The notes beneath the pieces are model-generated. The model was not told where the DNA came from. It made no database searches and saw only the letters and a program-made list of their open reading frames with translations. Source: Lytechinus pictus (taxonomy: Eukaryota). From it: a stretch of 64,000 nt of DNA. Numbering within the stretch: the stretch's first letter is position 1; every line of letters begins with the position of its first letter. Location of the stretch: assembly GCF_037042905.1 (NCBI RefSeq), contig NC_087250.1, positions 24,988,001 through 25,052,000 of the forward strand, in the 5' to 3' direction. Shown here in pieces: positions 12,592-25,420 of the stretch. A program made the position numbers and the translations under genes.

Positions 12592-12628
12592 TCGGTCGGG
12601 TCAATGTCTTGATGGGAGTAGACGATTC
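12592..12628 (-). CDS. Probable linker mini-exon with non-canonical (TCG) acceptor
   Basis: Polypyrimidine tract ...ctctcacctCG|GIVYSHQDIDPT(E)|gtaagt. Its phase 1-2 is what joins DD1 to DD2. Confidence 0.6.
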
Positions 12629-13234
12629 CGAGGTGAGAGCAATGTAAAGAAATGATTATGACAAAATAGATTTGTAGTAGAGAGAGAAAAAAAAAATCAA
12701 TGATAAACTTAATGATCACTGAACGATTGCTCTACATAATAATGCATGTTGATCATCCTACAAACCTAAATGATCTTAAAATACAAACGAGAAAGTGGAG
12801 AATCATGCAAATCAATTTACATGCAATATACAAGAGTTATGTAGTGCCCTTTTTAGAAATTGCCAAATACCCAAACTGTCCATTTTTCTTTTAATTCACA
12901 AAACAAAGATGAAACCATTATTTATTTTCAATTAGTAACAAGATGAAAAACAAGACTAAAACCATTTTTAAATCCACAAACAAAAATTAAATTCACTACT
13001 CTTTTTTTTGTGATAAAGGACTACAGAGATCAATGCCCGAAGCTACAAACTGATAAGAAATTGTCATATATCCGTACTGTCCATTTTCAAGCAATATTTG
13101 TGATTTTACAAACGAAGATGCAATTAGGTCATGAATCTGGAAGAATTCATTCTGAAACTAGTAACAAAAATAATTCTTATCCATCTTTGAACATACAACA
13201 TGTTACATATTTACAACAAACGCGAAACTCAAAC

Positions 13235-13521
13235 CTGGAAAGGTTGTATCATTTGATGATGAGTTATATGATTCCATAAATGTGATGAGAGTATTCTTTG
13301 CTGCTGGGGTAGATGATTGTCTCCCCCTCCATACCACCAACATGTCATAGGCGGCTTGCTGCCTGTCTCTGAATCTCCTGTACTCTACCCGATCCAACTC
13401 AGCTATGGTGAAACCAAGAGCTATGCCCAAATCATAGAACTGATTTACGTCCATTGTCTGAGCTATTGTTAGGATGTCTATGTCCGATTGTAGGTCACTG
13501 TTCTTCACTTTTTCTATTGTC
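13235..13521 (-). CDS. Death domain 1 exon
   Basis: DILTIAQTMDVNQFYDLGIALGFTIAELDRVE...QAAYDMLVVWRGRQ is a death-domain pattern; phase 2-1. Confidence 0.9.
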
Positions 13522-13659
13522 CTAGAAGATAGATTGAAATAATAAATGCGTAGTGTTAAAATATCACAAACTTAACAATTATAATTTATAATTGGTATAG
13601 TGTCGAAAATTTGTCTATCTGACGGTCAATCGGATCGGGGTCGCCCTAGCCACTAACCC

Positions 13660-13731
13660 GTCTCTGTGGTCTAGTGGTTAAGGCACCGGCGTTCAAAGCT
13701 GGGGGCCCGGGTTCGATTCCCGGCAGAGACA
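13660..13731 (+). tRNA. tRNA-like gene with UCA anticodon (opal-suppressor-type cloverleaf; may be the head of a repeat family)
   Basis: GTCTCTG TG GTCT AGTGGTTA AGGC A CCGGC GT-TCA-AA GCTGG GGGC CCGGG TTCGATT CCCGG CAGAGAC A. All four stems pair, A and B boxes are intact, and a T6 terminator follows. G32 is atypical. Confidence 0.7.
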
Positions 13732-13920
13732 TTTTTTCGGCATAACCAATTTTTCCAAAGGGTAGATAGCTCTGGGGAACCTTGATTTAAGCTACGCCTA
13801 CCATTGTTCTCTTCATCCATTTCTTTACAATATTTAAATAAAAAGAGTTGCCAAAGCTGTTGTACATGTATAACTTTACACATTTATATATGTATATATA
13901 TATATATATATATATCTATA

Positions 13921-14521
13921 TCTTCATGGGGCGAGTCTACCACAATGGGCAACCTGAGCAACCAAGAGAGAATGCGACATGTTCCAGGTGTCTCCAGTGG
14001 GTCATCACTCGTCCAGGTGCATCGGAGAGCTGATATGCAGATACTGCAAGAAACCAGGGCACGTACAAAGTCAATGCCAGCAAAACGAGAAAGTGTCACG
14101 AAACGCCCGGGATACCGCAACAGTAATCCTTGATGTTGTCGATCAACCGAGATCAGTCTACATGGAGAAAGCAAAACATGTTGAAAAGAAACGCCAAGCA
14201 ACACTCGCGGACTTCCTGCGTCAACAACCTTCGCTCCCCATGAATGATCATCGTGAGAAAGCGTCCGTCGATACCGTTGCTACGTATGCATCCGACTCCG
14301 CAATTCAATATGTTGGCTCGCAAGCGGCAAGAAAGATACCGAAGAATAAGAAAAGTGAAAACAATCAAAGGTGCAATGATGGAAATAGCGCTGATGATGA
14401 AAGTGAAAGTGATCAATCCATCGTATCACCTGAAAGCCCACCAGTAGGGTCAACTGGCAACAAATCCACAGTAAAGCCTGTAAAGCGGAAGCAAAAAGCA
14501 AAGAAACCAAAACACAAGTAA
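13921..14521 (+). pseudogene. Tx1 ORF1 (gag-like) C-terminal remnant
   Basis: GRVYHNGQ...CSRCLQ/(frameshift)GHHSSRC...CRYCKKPGHVQSQC, then a low-complexity basic tail. Confidence 0.8.
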
Positions 14522-14570
14522 AGCTTGTTAATGATCAGATTGAAAATCAATGGAGTAACAAACTTGCACA

Positions 14571-17500
14571 GTGGATTCACCTATGCACTTTGTCTCGTTG
14601 AATGTTCGAGGAATAAGAAATAAACAAAAAAGAAATAAAATATGGTTATGGTTTAGACAACAAAAAGGTGATGTAATATTTCTTCAGGAAACTTTTTTGT
14701 CAAAGGATCTTGAAAAAACTATATATGCAGAATGGAATGGACCGTGTTATTTTAACCATGGCACCCATCATTCATGCGGAGTTGCTATACTTGTCCGAAA
14801 AAATGTAAACATAAATATTGTAAATGTTCACCACAAACACGATGGAAGAATTATTGCAGTACGTTTTATTATTGATGAAAATAAATACTTATGCCTCAAT
14901 GTATATGCACCAACAAAAAAGAACGAAAAGAACAAATTTTATAAAATGCTTCATGTTTGGTTAAAAGATGTAAAAGATGAAGATGATATAATTATTGCAG
15001 GTGGTGACTGGAATATAGTTCAGAATAAAAAGGTAGATACCTGTGGAATGTCATATACGCATTCAAAAAATGAAGTCTTTAATTTATTTCAGCAAAACAA
15101 TAATTTGAGTGATATTTGGAGACAATTTCATCCGTCAAAAAAACAGTTCACCTGGAGACAGATGTGTTTAGGTATCTTTTCACGTCTAGATTATTGGTTG
15201 ATAGCAAAACATTTAACTTGTAAGGTACACTCCACAGATATCAGGCCAGCATTCAAATGCGATCATAACGCTATTTCTCTTAAACTGAAAATGTGTAAAC
15301 AAAATAGGGGTAAAGGGTATTGGAAAATAAATAACTCTCTTCTAAATGATGAGAAGTACATAGCTGAGATAAAATGTGTTATACAGAAAGTAAAAGCAGA
15401 ATATTCATATTTAAATGATCAACTGAGATGGGAAATGTGTAAGATGAAAATTAAAGAATTAAGTATTAAATATTCTAAAGATAAACAAATTAGAAATAAA
15501 ATGTACTATTCCAAATTGGAAAAGGAATATACAGAAATTTGTGAGAAAATTGGTGTCAGTGCAAATGTACGAGATATTGAAGAGATGGAAAAAATAAAAT
15601 ATGAGTTAGATGCCTGGTATAAATATAAATGTAAAGGTGCGTTTGTGAGATCTAGGGATAAATGGCTAGAGCATGGTGAAACGTGCACGAAATATTTTTT
15701 ACAGTTGGAAAAAAGAAGAAGTGTTAAAAAAGAAATAAATTGTGTAGAAATTAAAGGTAAAATAGTACATGACGGTAAAAAAGTTTTAGAACATATATTA
15801 GATTATTATGAAAATCTGTATAAAGGGGATTGCAATCAAGATCAAGAGTTCGATGAATATTTTACAGGATTAAAATTAAACACTTTATCAGAAGAGCAAG
15901 CAAATTTATGTGAAGGTTTATTAACGGAAAGGGAGTGTTTTTATATACTCATGTCAATGAACACGAACAAAGCCCCAGGTAGCGATGGCCTGAGTGCAGA
16001 GTTTTACAGGTGCTTTTGGAATGATTTAAAAGATATGTTAATTAGTAGTTTAAATACTGGTTATGAGGAGAAAAAAATGTCATCCTCCCAAAGTCAAGCT
16101 GTTCTCACATTGTTATATAAAAAGGGTAATAAAGCTTTATTAGAAAATTGGAGACCAATATCACTCCTTAACATTGATTATAAAATAGCTGCAGGTGCAT
16201 TGGCAAAAAGAATGAAACAAATTATTCCGCATATTATTTCGGATGATCAATCGGGATTTAGGAAACATAGGTCGGCATTAGAGAATGTGCGACTTGTACA
16301 AGACGTTATTGACTATTTTAAAATGAATAATCAATCAGGTGTTATCATGTATATATATTTTCAAAAAGCGTTTGATAACGTTAGACACGATTTTCTGTTC
16401 ACTACTTTACGTAAGATGCAATTTAAAGAGCCATTTATTCATTGGATACAAACGTTTTACACAAATGCAAATGGTAATGTCTTGAACAATGGTTGGTTGT
16501 CACAAAAAAATTATTTTAATCGAGGTGTAAGGCAGGGATGCCCGTTGTCGGCTCTATTGTTCTTGGTAATTTCTGAAATATTAGCTCAAAAAATCAAACA
16601 AAATCCATTGATTAGAGGTATAGCTGTACCAACTAAAGAAATATCTCTAGCCCAGTACGCCGATGATACTATAGTATTCGCCAATGGAACAAATTCTGTA
16701 CAAAATATAATGACTGAGATTAATAGATTTGGAAATATAGCAGGGCCGAAAGTCAATTGGTCTAAATATAAAATAATGAAGTTAGATGAAAATATAGAGT
16801 TAAATGACCTAGAATGCACGGTCGATCCAGTAAAATGTCTTGGAATATATGTTGGTAAAAACCATGTTGATGTAGAAAAAAGAAATTGGGAAGGGAGACT
16901 TGGAAAAGTCGAAAATATACTTAATTTATGGAAAATGAGAAATCTGACTTACTTTGGAAAAATATCTGTCATTAAGATTTTAATAGCATCACAATTTGTT
17001 CATGTTGCTTCGGCAGTTCCTGTGCCCGATTATATTTCAAAGGCATTGAATAAAAAATTATATACATTTTTGTGGAATTCCAAAAAAAATAAAGTTAAGA
17101 GAAATGTATGTTTAAACAAAGAAATTGATGGTGGGTTAAACATGGTTGATATGAAAGCCAAATTTTCATCACTTCGATTAGCATGGATTTATAAATATAT
17201 GGATGAAATAAAGGGAGCATGGAAAACTCTTTTTACCTATTGGACAAATAAGATTGGTGGTTTTCCATTATGTTTACATTATAATTGTAATAGTGTAGAC
17301 ATTGTTAATTTAGGGAAAAGGTATAATCTACCCTCCTTTTATATCGATTTTCTATATGTTTGGGCAAATTTGAGATACCAAATTTTTTTTAAAATTACTG
17401 ATATTCCAAAACAAGTTTTTATGGAATAACAGTAATATAAAAATACAAAATGAAACACTAAATTTTAATAAATGGAGGAAATCTGGTGTATTGATGGTAA

Positions 17501-18340
17501 ATCATGTTATAAAAGAAGGTAAATGGAAAAACCTCAATACGGTATTTGATGATTTTGAAAACAGAAAATGATTATACAATTTTGAACTATATACAAAAGT
17601 TGAAGAAAGCATTTCCCAACACCTGGCTGGAAAATAGATCAAATGCACAACAAAAGGAAATAACGATTATATTTAATCTTATTGAAATATCAAATGGTGA
17701 TTTAATTGATGTAAATATCTTGAAAGCTAGGCATTATTATCATTATTATTTAGAACATAACAAAACAGAAGCATCTTTCTTTATGTTTTGGCAAAATTAT
17801 TTGGGACTTCAGATAGAAATTAATTGAGACAAAGTCCTGTATTTTAAACTTAGACAAATAAAAGATAACAAGGTTAGAGAATTTAATTTTAAGCTCCTGC
17901 ATAAAATACTTCCGTCCCAATCAAATTAATTTAAATGGGGTTTAAAAAATGATGATAAATGTAATCTTTGTTTACTTAAGGGAACAATTATGCATATGTT
18001 GATAAAATGTGAGAATATAAAACCTCTATGGAAAATGGCAGAAGACACAATTCTTTCTGTTTCTAAAGTACAGGTCTGTGTTAATGAAAATATAGTAATT
18101 TTAGGTTGGAATATACAAGAACCGAAATACTGGTTAATTAATATCATTTTGAATTTTACTCAATACACCATTTACAGAAATTATATTGAAACGAGTATGA
18201 AAAAAGGTTATTACTTTGTTAATGTAAATAGATTATGGATGAATTTGAAAATGAAACTGAGATGGTATTTAAGTTCAAAATATGTTACCAAAAATAAGAA
18301 TACAAAAGAAATTGACAAATTGCTGGAACTCATTTATTGA
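14571..18340 (+). pseudogene. Tx1/L1 ORF2 (APE endonuclease, reverse transcriptase, C-terminal Zn finger), frameshifted after ~17420
   Basis: SLNVRG, FLQET, GGDWN, SRLDY, DHN; KAPGSDG, NWRPISLLN, RQGCPLS, YADD. The expected LDF.KAFD reads IYFQKAFD. The C-terminus (LWNN, FKLLH, CNLC..H....C...W) is split across frames. Confidence 0.92.
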
Positions 18341-18674
18341 TTGATTAATTTGATTACTGTATATACTTTGTGATTTGTAAACTGTATTATAGAGATGTAA
18401 ATAAAGTCCCTCGAAAGAGGTTTAAAGAGAGAAAAAAAAATATATATATATATGTTGCAGTGCTCTATTATGCATGACGTAGCAACATAATTTTCAAAGT
18501 CTTTGCGGAATTGCGGCCGTTGTGAGGAGTTAATTGAAAATGATGTCGTCACACGTCCAACCGAGTCAAAAAGGATATTAAATGAAATAAATTCAATATC
18601 TATTTTTAAGGAACACATTGAGCCCCCTTGAACGGAAAAAAAGAATCTAACCGTTTTAACCGATAGAAACTTAC

Positions 18675-18720
18675 CTAATGAAGTTTGCCTGTTCAGAGGG
18701 AGTTTGGCTCTCCGGTCCAT
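18675..18720 (-). CDS. Linker mini-exon
   Basis: ttttag|DGPESQTPSEQANFI|gtaagt; phase 1-2. Confidence 0.85.
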
Positions 18721-19090
18721 CTAAAACCAAAAGAAAATGAAGAGAGAATTTGACGTAAAACCAACATTTTTCTGTTTACAATGAGAATACACTTTTATTT
18801 TATCATTTGAAAATAATCATCGGCATTAACATATCATGAAGTGTATATCTAATGCCAACGATAGTGTCAAAGAATGTGTAATGTACATGATGTGCACTAT
18901 GTTATAATGGTATATCATATTTGAATACCGTTCATCTTAGTGCATGGAAATAAATGACATCTCAAAGTAAAACGGTGGTTTCTGGTAGGTAATTATTAAA
19001 TCCAACGGCAATACGTTTATTCATGTCCTTAGTGATTGAAATAGGAAACATAACATTTTATCATTTGAAATATAAAACCTGAAATTCTAC

Positions 19091-19253
19091 CTGTATATTT
19101 AATGACAAAGGCAATAGATCGTGATATCCCAAGCTTTCCAGCCTGTGTTATCGTTATGGTTATCACTGCAAAATTTACATCGTCTTCAATGTGCGGTACG
19201 TACAGCGATATACATTGGCTCATCTTTGCTTGAAGATCCCTAAGAGAAACAAT
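19091..19253 (-). CDS. UPA-like exon
   Basis: cag|IVSLRDLQAKMSQCISLYVPHIEDDVNFAVITITITQAGKLGISRSIAFVIKYT|gt; phase 0-1. Confidence 0.85.
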
Positions 19254-19422
19254 CTGTTTGGGGAAAAAAGAACGGCACAAGAATAGTGAAATACATAAAC
19301 TGCCAAGATCCCCCCCCCCCCTCAAAAAAGGTATTCTTTAACTTGCTTCGGAATTAGTTGTATGCTAACAAAGAGCCGGATTGCAAAGAGAACCCATGAA
19401 AGAGGTTATAAAGCTCGATTAC

Positions 19423-19551
19423 CTGGCTTTCAACTTCTACACCCTCACGATGGCATGTGATCGTGACGTCACCAGACCTTGTTTCAAAGCTGAATGGAAC
19501 CGAGGGATGGCATCTACGGCACGACTGTTGCCTCGAATCCTCTTGTATAAC
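19423..19551 (-). CDS. UPA-like exon
   Basis: tag|VIQEDSRQQSCRRCHPSVPFSFETRSGDVTITCHREGVEVESQ|gtaatc; phase 0-0. Confidence 0.85.
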
Positions 19552-19894
19552 CTACAAGGATTGATATATTCTATTTTTATTTATATTATTTTGTCCGCCA
19601 ATATACAGTTACATATTTTTTTTAATGTCTTTATTTCATGCAATCTTTTGACAAATTTATATAAGTATTTCAATGATGCATTTTTTCTAACCAAAATAAT
19701 CAATTAAAGTCCAAGAAATACTGTTCTACCTGCAAATATTCATCTTATGCGGGTGGAGATTGACAAATTTAAATAATTTCCTACCAAATGTGAAATTTAA
19801 CCGAAGATTGACAAAAGAATCATAACGTTTTCAAAGCAGTTGTGAAATGGTAAATGACCGAGAAGTATTCTGTAGCAATGTTGTTTATACGTAC

Positions 19895-20142
19895 CACTTC
19901 GTTTCCAGGAAGGTCATTATACAACTGAAGATTAACTGCAAACTCTTGTCCTCTTTCGATCCTGTCTGGGATGTATGGAGTACACATAACTTGCTGTCGG
20001 ATCACATGTTGTTCAAGAGGAATCAGAACCCACCACTCAGCACAGTGGTTGATGTACAGCTCAAGATGTCTCTTGTACAGTCTGCAGTATGGTGGTTTGT
20101 CTGTTGAGCTAGATGATTGCTTTCTTGAAGTTCTTGGTAGAT
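19895..20142 (-). CDS. ZU5 C-terminus / UPA-like exon
   Basis: ...RHLELYINHCAEWWVLIPLEQHVIRQQVMCTPYIPD...VNLQLYNDLPGNEV; phase 1-0. Confidence 0.85.
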
Positions 20143-20454
20143 CTTATTTACCAATCCCAAAAATATAAAAGATCGATTAAAATGGAATAAATCATGTCAG
20201 GACTTTCAAAGTTACATTAGAAAAAAAGTATTAGTAGACGCTGTAGAAGCTGCCGCCGGTGTTGGGGGTGTGCACGATTGCGATGCTAATGATGCACGAT
20301 AATGCTACTGTTGGTAATGATGATTGTAGAATGGGAAATGAGATATTTTTTTATAGATATAGGTTAGTACCAAAGTCATTTCAAGAAGGAAAAATCACAG
20401 TCATGAGTAAAGGTGTATTTTGTTTGACTCCCATCTCATTCTTTATGGACTTAC

Positions 20455-20796
20455 ACTTGATTGAGTCCCACACTCGGCAAACGATGTCTGGTTTCACCTG
20501 CTCTGGATTGACGACCAAGGAAGAGTGCGGGATAGTGATCTTAACGGGTTGGTTGAAGGACAAGGGTTGAGGGTCGCATTTGATTCCATAGCAAGCCATT
20601 GATTCATTTTTTGAGCTACCAACACCCGGATTGTCTCTTATGATGGTTAGGGTGATCTGACAAGAGTCGTCATGTGAAATGGCTCCTGTGGGAATGTACA
20701 TCGATACCCCATGGTCTTCTAACTTGATTTCTTGACTGGTATTACTTTTGACTTCTGCAGAAACCTCGACAGACTTGGATGGCCTATTAATGATTT
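20455..20796 (-). CDS. ZU5 domain exon 1
   Basis: EIKLEDHGVSMYIPTGAI...ITLTII...YGIKCDPQPLSFNQPVKITIPHS is the ZU5 signature; cag/gtaagt boundaries. Confidence 0.9.
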
Positions 20797-20914
20797 CTGA
20801 AGGGACATAAGGTGAATATTTCCATAATACATAGGACAATGCATTGAATGAAACATGAATCACGCAATTTCATACATGTATCACAAGTTGGTTTAGACTT
20901 ACGTTTTCTGATAA

Positions 20915-21370
20915 TGTTTCTCTGAAGGGTAGTGAGTGGGTACGCGACCTCGGTGTGATGATCGACAATAAGCTTACTCTTCAACATCATATCAAGTATA
21001 TTTGCAGGTCTGCGTCATATGGTATTTTCAAAATTGGGAAGATTAGGAAACTACTTGACCGACCCACGTCTGCCAAACTAACACATGCATTTGTTTCCTG
21101 TCACCTAGATTATTGTAACGCAATATTTTCTAACCTCCCTCGTACATACCTACTTCCACTTCAACGGGTTCTAGCACCTCCTCAAGACCCCTCTGTTCAT
21201 CATTTACATTGCAGTTAACTCCTGGACCGCGAACTTCTACAAAATATGGTGACCGTGCTTTTTCTTCTATTGCCCCTTCTCTTTGGAACAAGTTACCCTC
21301 TTACATGCATAGTGCCAAGTCCGTCAGTCAGTTTAAGGCCCTGCTCAAAATATACCTTTTTAATCAATGA
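20915..21370 (+). mobile_element. L2/CR1-group LINE 3' fragment
   Basis: VRDLGVMIDNKLT...IGKIRKLL...LTHAFVSCHLDYCNAIFSNLP...LQRV; later YGDRAFSS.AP.LWN.LP...FK.LLK.YLF. Confidence 0.85.
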
Positions 21371-22696
21371 ATCCCAGTTGTGGGTCGGTTATTGGAGGTG
21401 CACACCAGTTTTAATCTGTTAGTATTTTTTTTCTCTCTTAATGATTTTTGTCACACCTTGTGTTATTATGCCAACTGATTTTTTTTCCCAGTAGACCGGC
21501 CAAACATAAAAAAGTGCTCTAGATAAGGATTCGACGGCAAAATTTGTTAATGCTTGGCATCCCAGCTAAAAGTCTTGCAAAAATATCCAGGAATAGCGTA
21601 CGGCCGGATGCCAAGCGCAATTTTGCGTAAAAGTGTCATTTTTAGCGTAAAATCTGAAAGAATGTCGAAAATCACGCATTTTGGTATTTTGACGGTTTAT
21701 CATCATATTTTTGATTATCTTTGATATAAAATTATTTTTATTTAGAGTTTCAAATTATAAGTCTCATAAACATGCATTTCAAATTTGAATATTACACACA
21801 CATATATAGCACAGTGAAACATAAAACCGCGATTTCCTCAAAATAAAAGTTTGTGAAAACTATCAATAGTTTGAAGTTTTTTACGCAACTTAAATTCCTC
21901 GATTTAAATGCGTTTATCCATCGAATGTATAGTAAATATCCTAATGCCACAAGAATGCCACAAGAATTTTCAAGTAAGATGGAAGATATCTCATTTTATG
22001 TTATCCGAAAGGAGACAATGTGCATTTTACTAGGTGCGCATTTTGAAAGAAAAATTGAAAATACCGTACATTATGTACATAATTACATGTATAAGTACAT
22101 ACTAAAGCGAGTATTTATTACATGTATAAGTACATACTAAAGCGAGTTTTTAATTGGATAGCACAATTTGTCAATTTTTTGCATCCCAGCTAAAAGTCTT
22201 GCGGAAATACTGAGGAATAACGTACGGACGGATGCCAAGTGCACTTTTGCGTGAAAGTATCATTTTAGCGTAAAATCTGAAAGACTGTCGAAAATCACGC
22301 ATTTTGACCTTTTGAAGGAATTTGTAAGAAATTTTGATTCCCTTTGATATGCGATCATTTATATTTGGAGTTTCAAATTATAAGTCAACTAAATATGCAT
22401 TTCAATTTGGAATATTACACAGACATATATGGCACTATGAAATATAAAATCGTGATTTTGTGAAAACTATCAATGGTATATTTGTGTTCCGCATCTCAAT
22501 TTCGTCTATTTTAGCGCTAACCAAATAAATACATAATAATTGTTGTCATGTCACATATAGTGAAAAAAATTGAAATAAGATGCAAGATATATAATTTTAT
22601 GTTATATATGCGAAAGATAACAATGTAGATTTATCGGATGCGCATTTCTGAAGAAAAAAAAACAGCGCACAATATTACATCTATATATTGCACATC

Positions 22697-22858
22697 AGGG
22701 GAGCGTTTCATGAAAGTACTTGTCGGACGTTTTATCCGACAAGTCCCATTTTATCCGACAGTTACCATAGTAACAGTACCTCTCAGCCAATCAACATCAG
22801 AGAAAGGTGTCAGATCTGACAACTTGTCGGATGAAAATGTTGATGAAACACTCCCCAG
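22697..22858. mobile_element. Small palindromic MITE
   Basis: ggggagcgtttcatgaa...tccgacaagt / acttgtcgga...tgatgaaacactcccc inverted ends. Confidence 0.65.
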
Positions 22859-23022
22859 GGGCCGCAGAACGGTTTTCAAAGTGGGGGGGGGGGGGGGCTG
22901 AGCCAAAAGTAGGGGCTGACCATTCAAAAAATCACAATCATATGGTCATTTTTACGTTTTTGTACACGATTTTTGAAAAAATCCCCCCAGCGACCCCCCC
23001 CCCCCCGCTTCCGCGGCCCCTG
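22856..23022. mobile_element. G/C-run MITE (caggggccgc...gcggcccctg)
   Basis: Terminal inverted repeats with poly-G and poly-C tracts. Confidence 0.65.
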
Positions 23023-25223
23023 CACATAAATTATATAGACCTACTAATATCAATCAGTGCGATACTCGTCATGATATTATAAAGGATTATGTTTACTTTT
23101 GTAGAGTTCGATCTTCTTGCTATTTCCGCGAATGAATTGGTGCTGAACGTAAATCTACCTGTGGCGATATTCATAAATAGGTCTGATATTTAATTTGCTG
23201 TTACCATGGTAACATTAATTTTATAGGAATATCTATATCCCAAAACATAGAAAATATACATGTATGAATAAAACGTTTGAATTAGCATTTTTTAAACTAC
23301 TCTTTCAATCTACATTTTACTTCAGTTATTGGATTATCAAAGTCTAAAAAAAAATGGTCGCGGCCACGGCAATACCTTATTTTTGTCTCGCCTGCATAGC
23401 AGAGCAGGACTTAAGGGGCCACTTTTCCGGCGGAGGCGACGGCAATTTCAATTAACAGCGTCATATCAACCTTGGAATCTTAACCAAGGTTACGTTTTTT
23501 GAAATTTCATTATAAGTTTGAACGTATAGAAAAAAATTAATGACACTTATAAGAGTATTCAGGTATTACTGATCGTCTTGCAAAAGATTTAGATCACATG
23601 ATTAAGGTCAAAGGTCATTTAGAGTAACTGAACTTTGGCCATAATTATGTGGGTATCTTTTTGAAATGTCATAACTTTTAAATTTTATTGATCCAGTTCA
23701 TGATTGAACTTGAACATAAGGGTATTAAAGTATCATCGATCATTTTGCACAAATTTCAGGTCACATGATCAAGTTCATACGTCATTTAGGGTCGATGAGC
23801 TTATTATTTTATTATCACATAAATGGCGCTTTTGTGAATAATGATTACTTTCAGTTGTTTCCAATGTTCTGCTGCTATAATTGTTGTGTGAAAATACACT
23901 GTATGAATAATAAATGTTATTTGGTCTGTTGCATTGCAAGTTATAATTTTCATTCAGTTCATTTTACTTCATGACAATTTTCGCGTTTGCTATTATCATA
24001 GGTCCATGTTGTTATATATCGTAGTCTAAGACGGGGGCCGGACAGCCCGACCCTGAGCAGCCCTGGACATACATGTATGTATTGCCAATGCCATTTTGGG
24101 AAATGCAGTTGTACGACCATCTATACAATATCTGCGCTGGACGCTGGTCATTAGCCTTAAGATTTATTTGTCATAATGGTCGTGCGATTGCATTTCCCAA
24201 CATGGCAATACATGTGATGAAATGAGCTTTAAGAATTAAAATGTGAACTTTAAGAACCTACTCTTTTGGTATTTCAAACATCATTCTCCACAGATGAAAA
24301 CTCTTAGCTCATGCAAATGGCTGTTGACCGATCTATTTAAATTTCTGGTCTAATGAACTGTTCAATTAACTGATTAAAGAGACCGTAGTTGCATGAAACA
24401 GTGCCTTCTACATTCTAGAATTGGGAAAATGAGCTACGGACACTGACGTAAGCCTTTAGATGGAAGATGCATTGAAGTGAGGGGGAGGGGGAAACTTGCC
24501 CCCAAATAAATTCAAGAAAAAGCACAAAACAACATAAGCAAAATAATGGAAAGCTTGTTGGGGAGGGGGTCATTTATTTATTTATTCATTCTTTAATTTA
24601 ATGATATATCTATATATATATATTTATTTATTTATTTATAATGACCTAAATTGAATGTAAATATTGTAATTTAAAATATTTTTTCTTAATAAACACAAAT
24701 TCTTCCCTAAATTAAGGCTTTTGTTTAAAAGACTTGGTCAGTCAGCTCGCTCACCAGCAGCGTAGCTAGGATTTTGTCAGCAGAGGAGCAGGGGGAGGGG
24801 CTTTGTATTTTGCAGGGGGTACCAAAATAGATTCATTTATCAAGTATTTATTATTAAGTACATATTAGCTTTATTCTCACAATGTACGATTAAGTATCTG
24901 ACAAGGCCTATTTGAATAATGCGAGCGCGAAGCGCAACCAGTTTTTGTAAATGCCATGAAAATTAGAGCTGAAAGTTAGAAAGTTACACGATTCGAAAGT
25001 GTAATCATGAACATGATTCGTATCTAATTGTAATGTTACAAATTTCAGAAATGTTTAATATTCTGACATGAAAACGGAGCATTTAATACATATTCTTTAA
25101 ATAATATATAGGCTATTGATGCGAGCGCGAAACGCAATCTGATTTTTATATTCCAATCCGTAAACTGAACATTTTGATGACGTTTTGAAATAAAAAAATA
25201 AAAAAATTTATGAAATATTCAAA

Positions 25224-25420
25224 GGCACGATAGCTCAATCGGTAGTGAGGGGGTTTCGGATTCCGGTGGCTTCGGTCCGATTCCCACTTGGTGCGCTAGT
25301 GCCAAGTAAGGCATTTAAATGCCTTACTAGTAATGGTAGTAAGGCATTTTAATCCTCATTATAGGTCCCTCGGAGAGTACCTTAAGCCATCGGTCCTCTG
25401 GTTGCTTGTTTAGAAGCATT
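25224..25420 (+). mobile_element. tRNA-derived SINE (degenerate)
   Basis: ggcacgatagctcaatcggtag A-box and ggtccgattccc B-box-like sequence. Confidence 0.55.

Larger units (their letters stand above)
13921..18440 (+). mobile_element. Tx1/L1-clade non-LTR retrotransposon, 5'-truncated, inactive, antisense in an intron
   Basis: ORF1 remnant with two CCHC knuckles, then ORF2 with APE endonuclease and RT. AATAAA and an A-tail at ~18400-18440; (TA)n on both sides. Confidence 0.92.
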
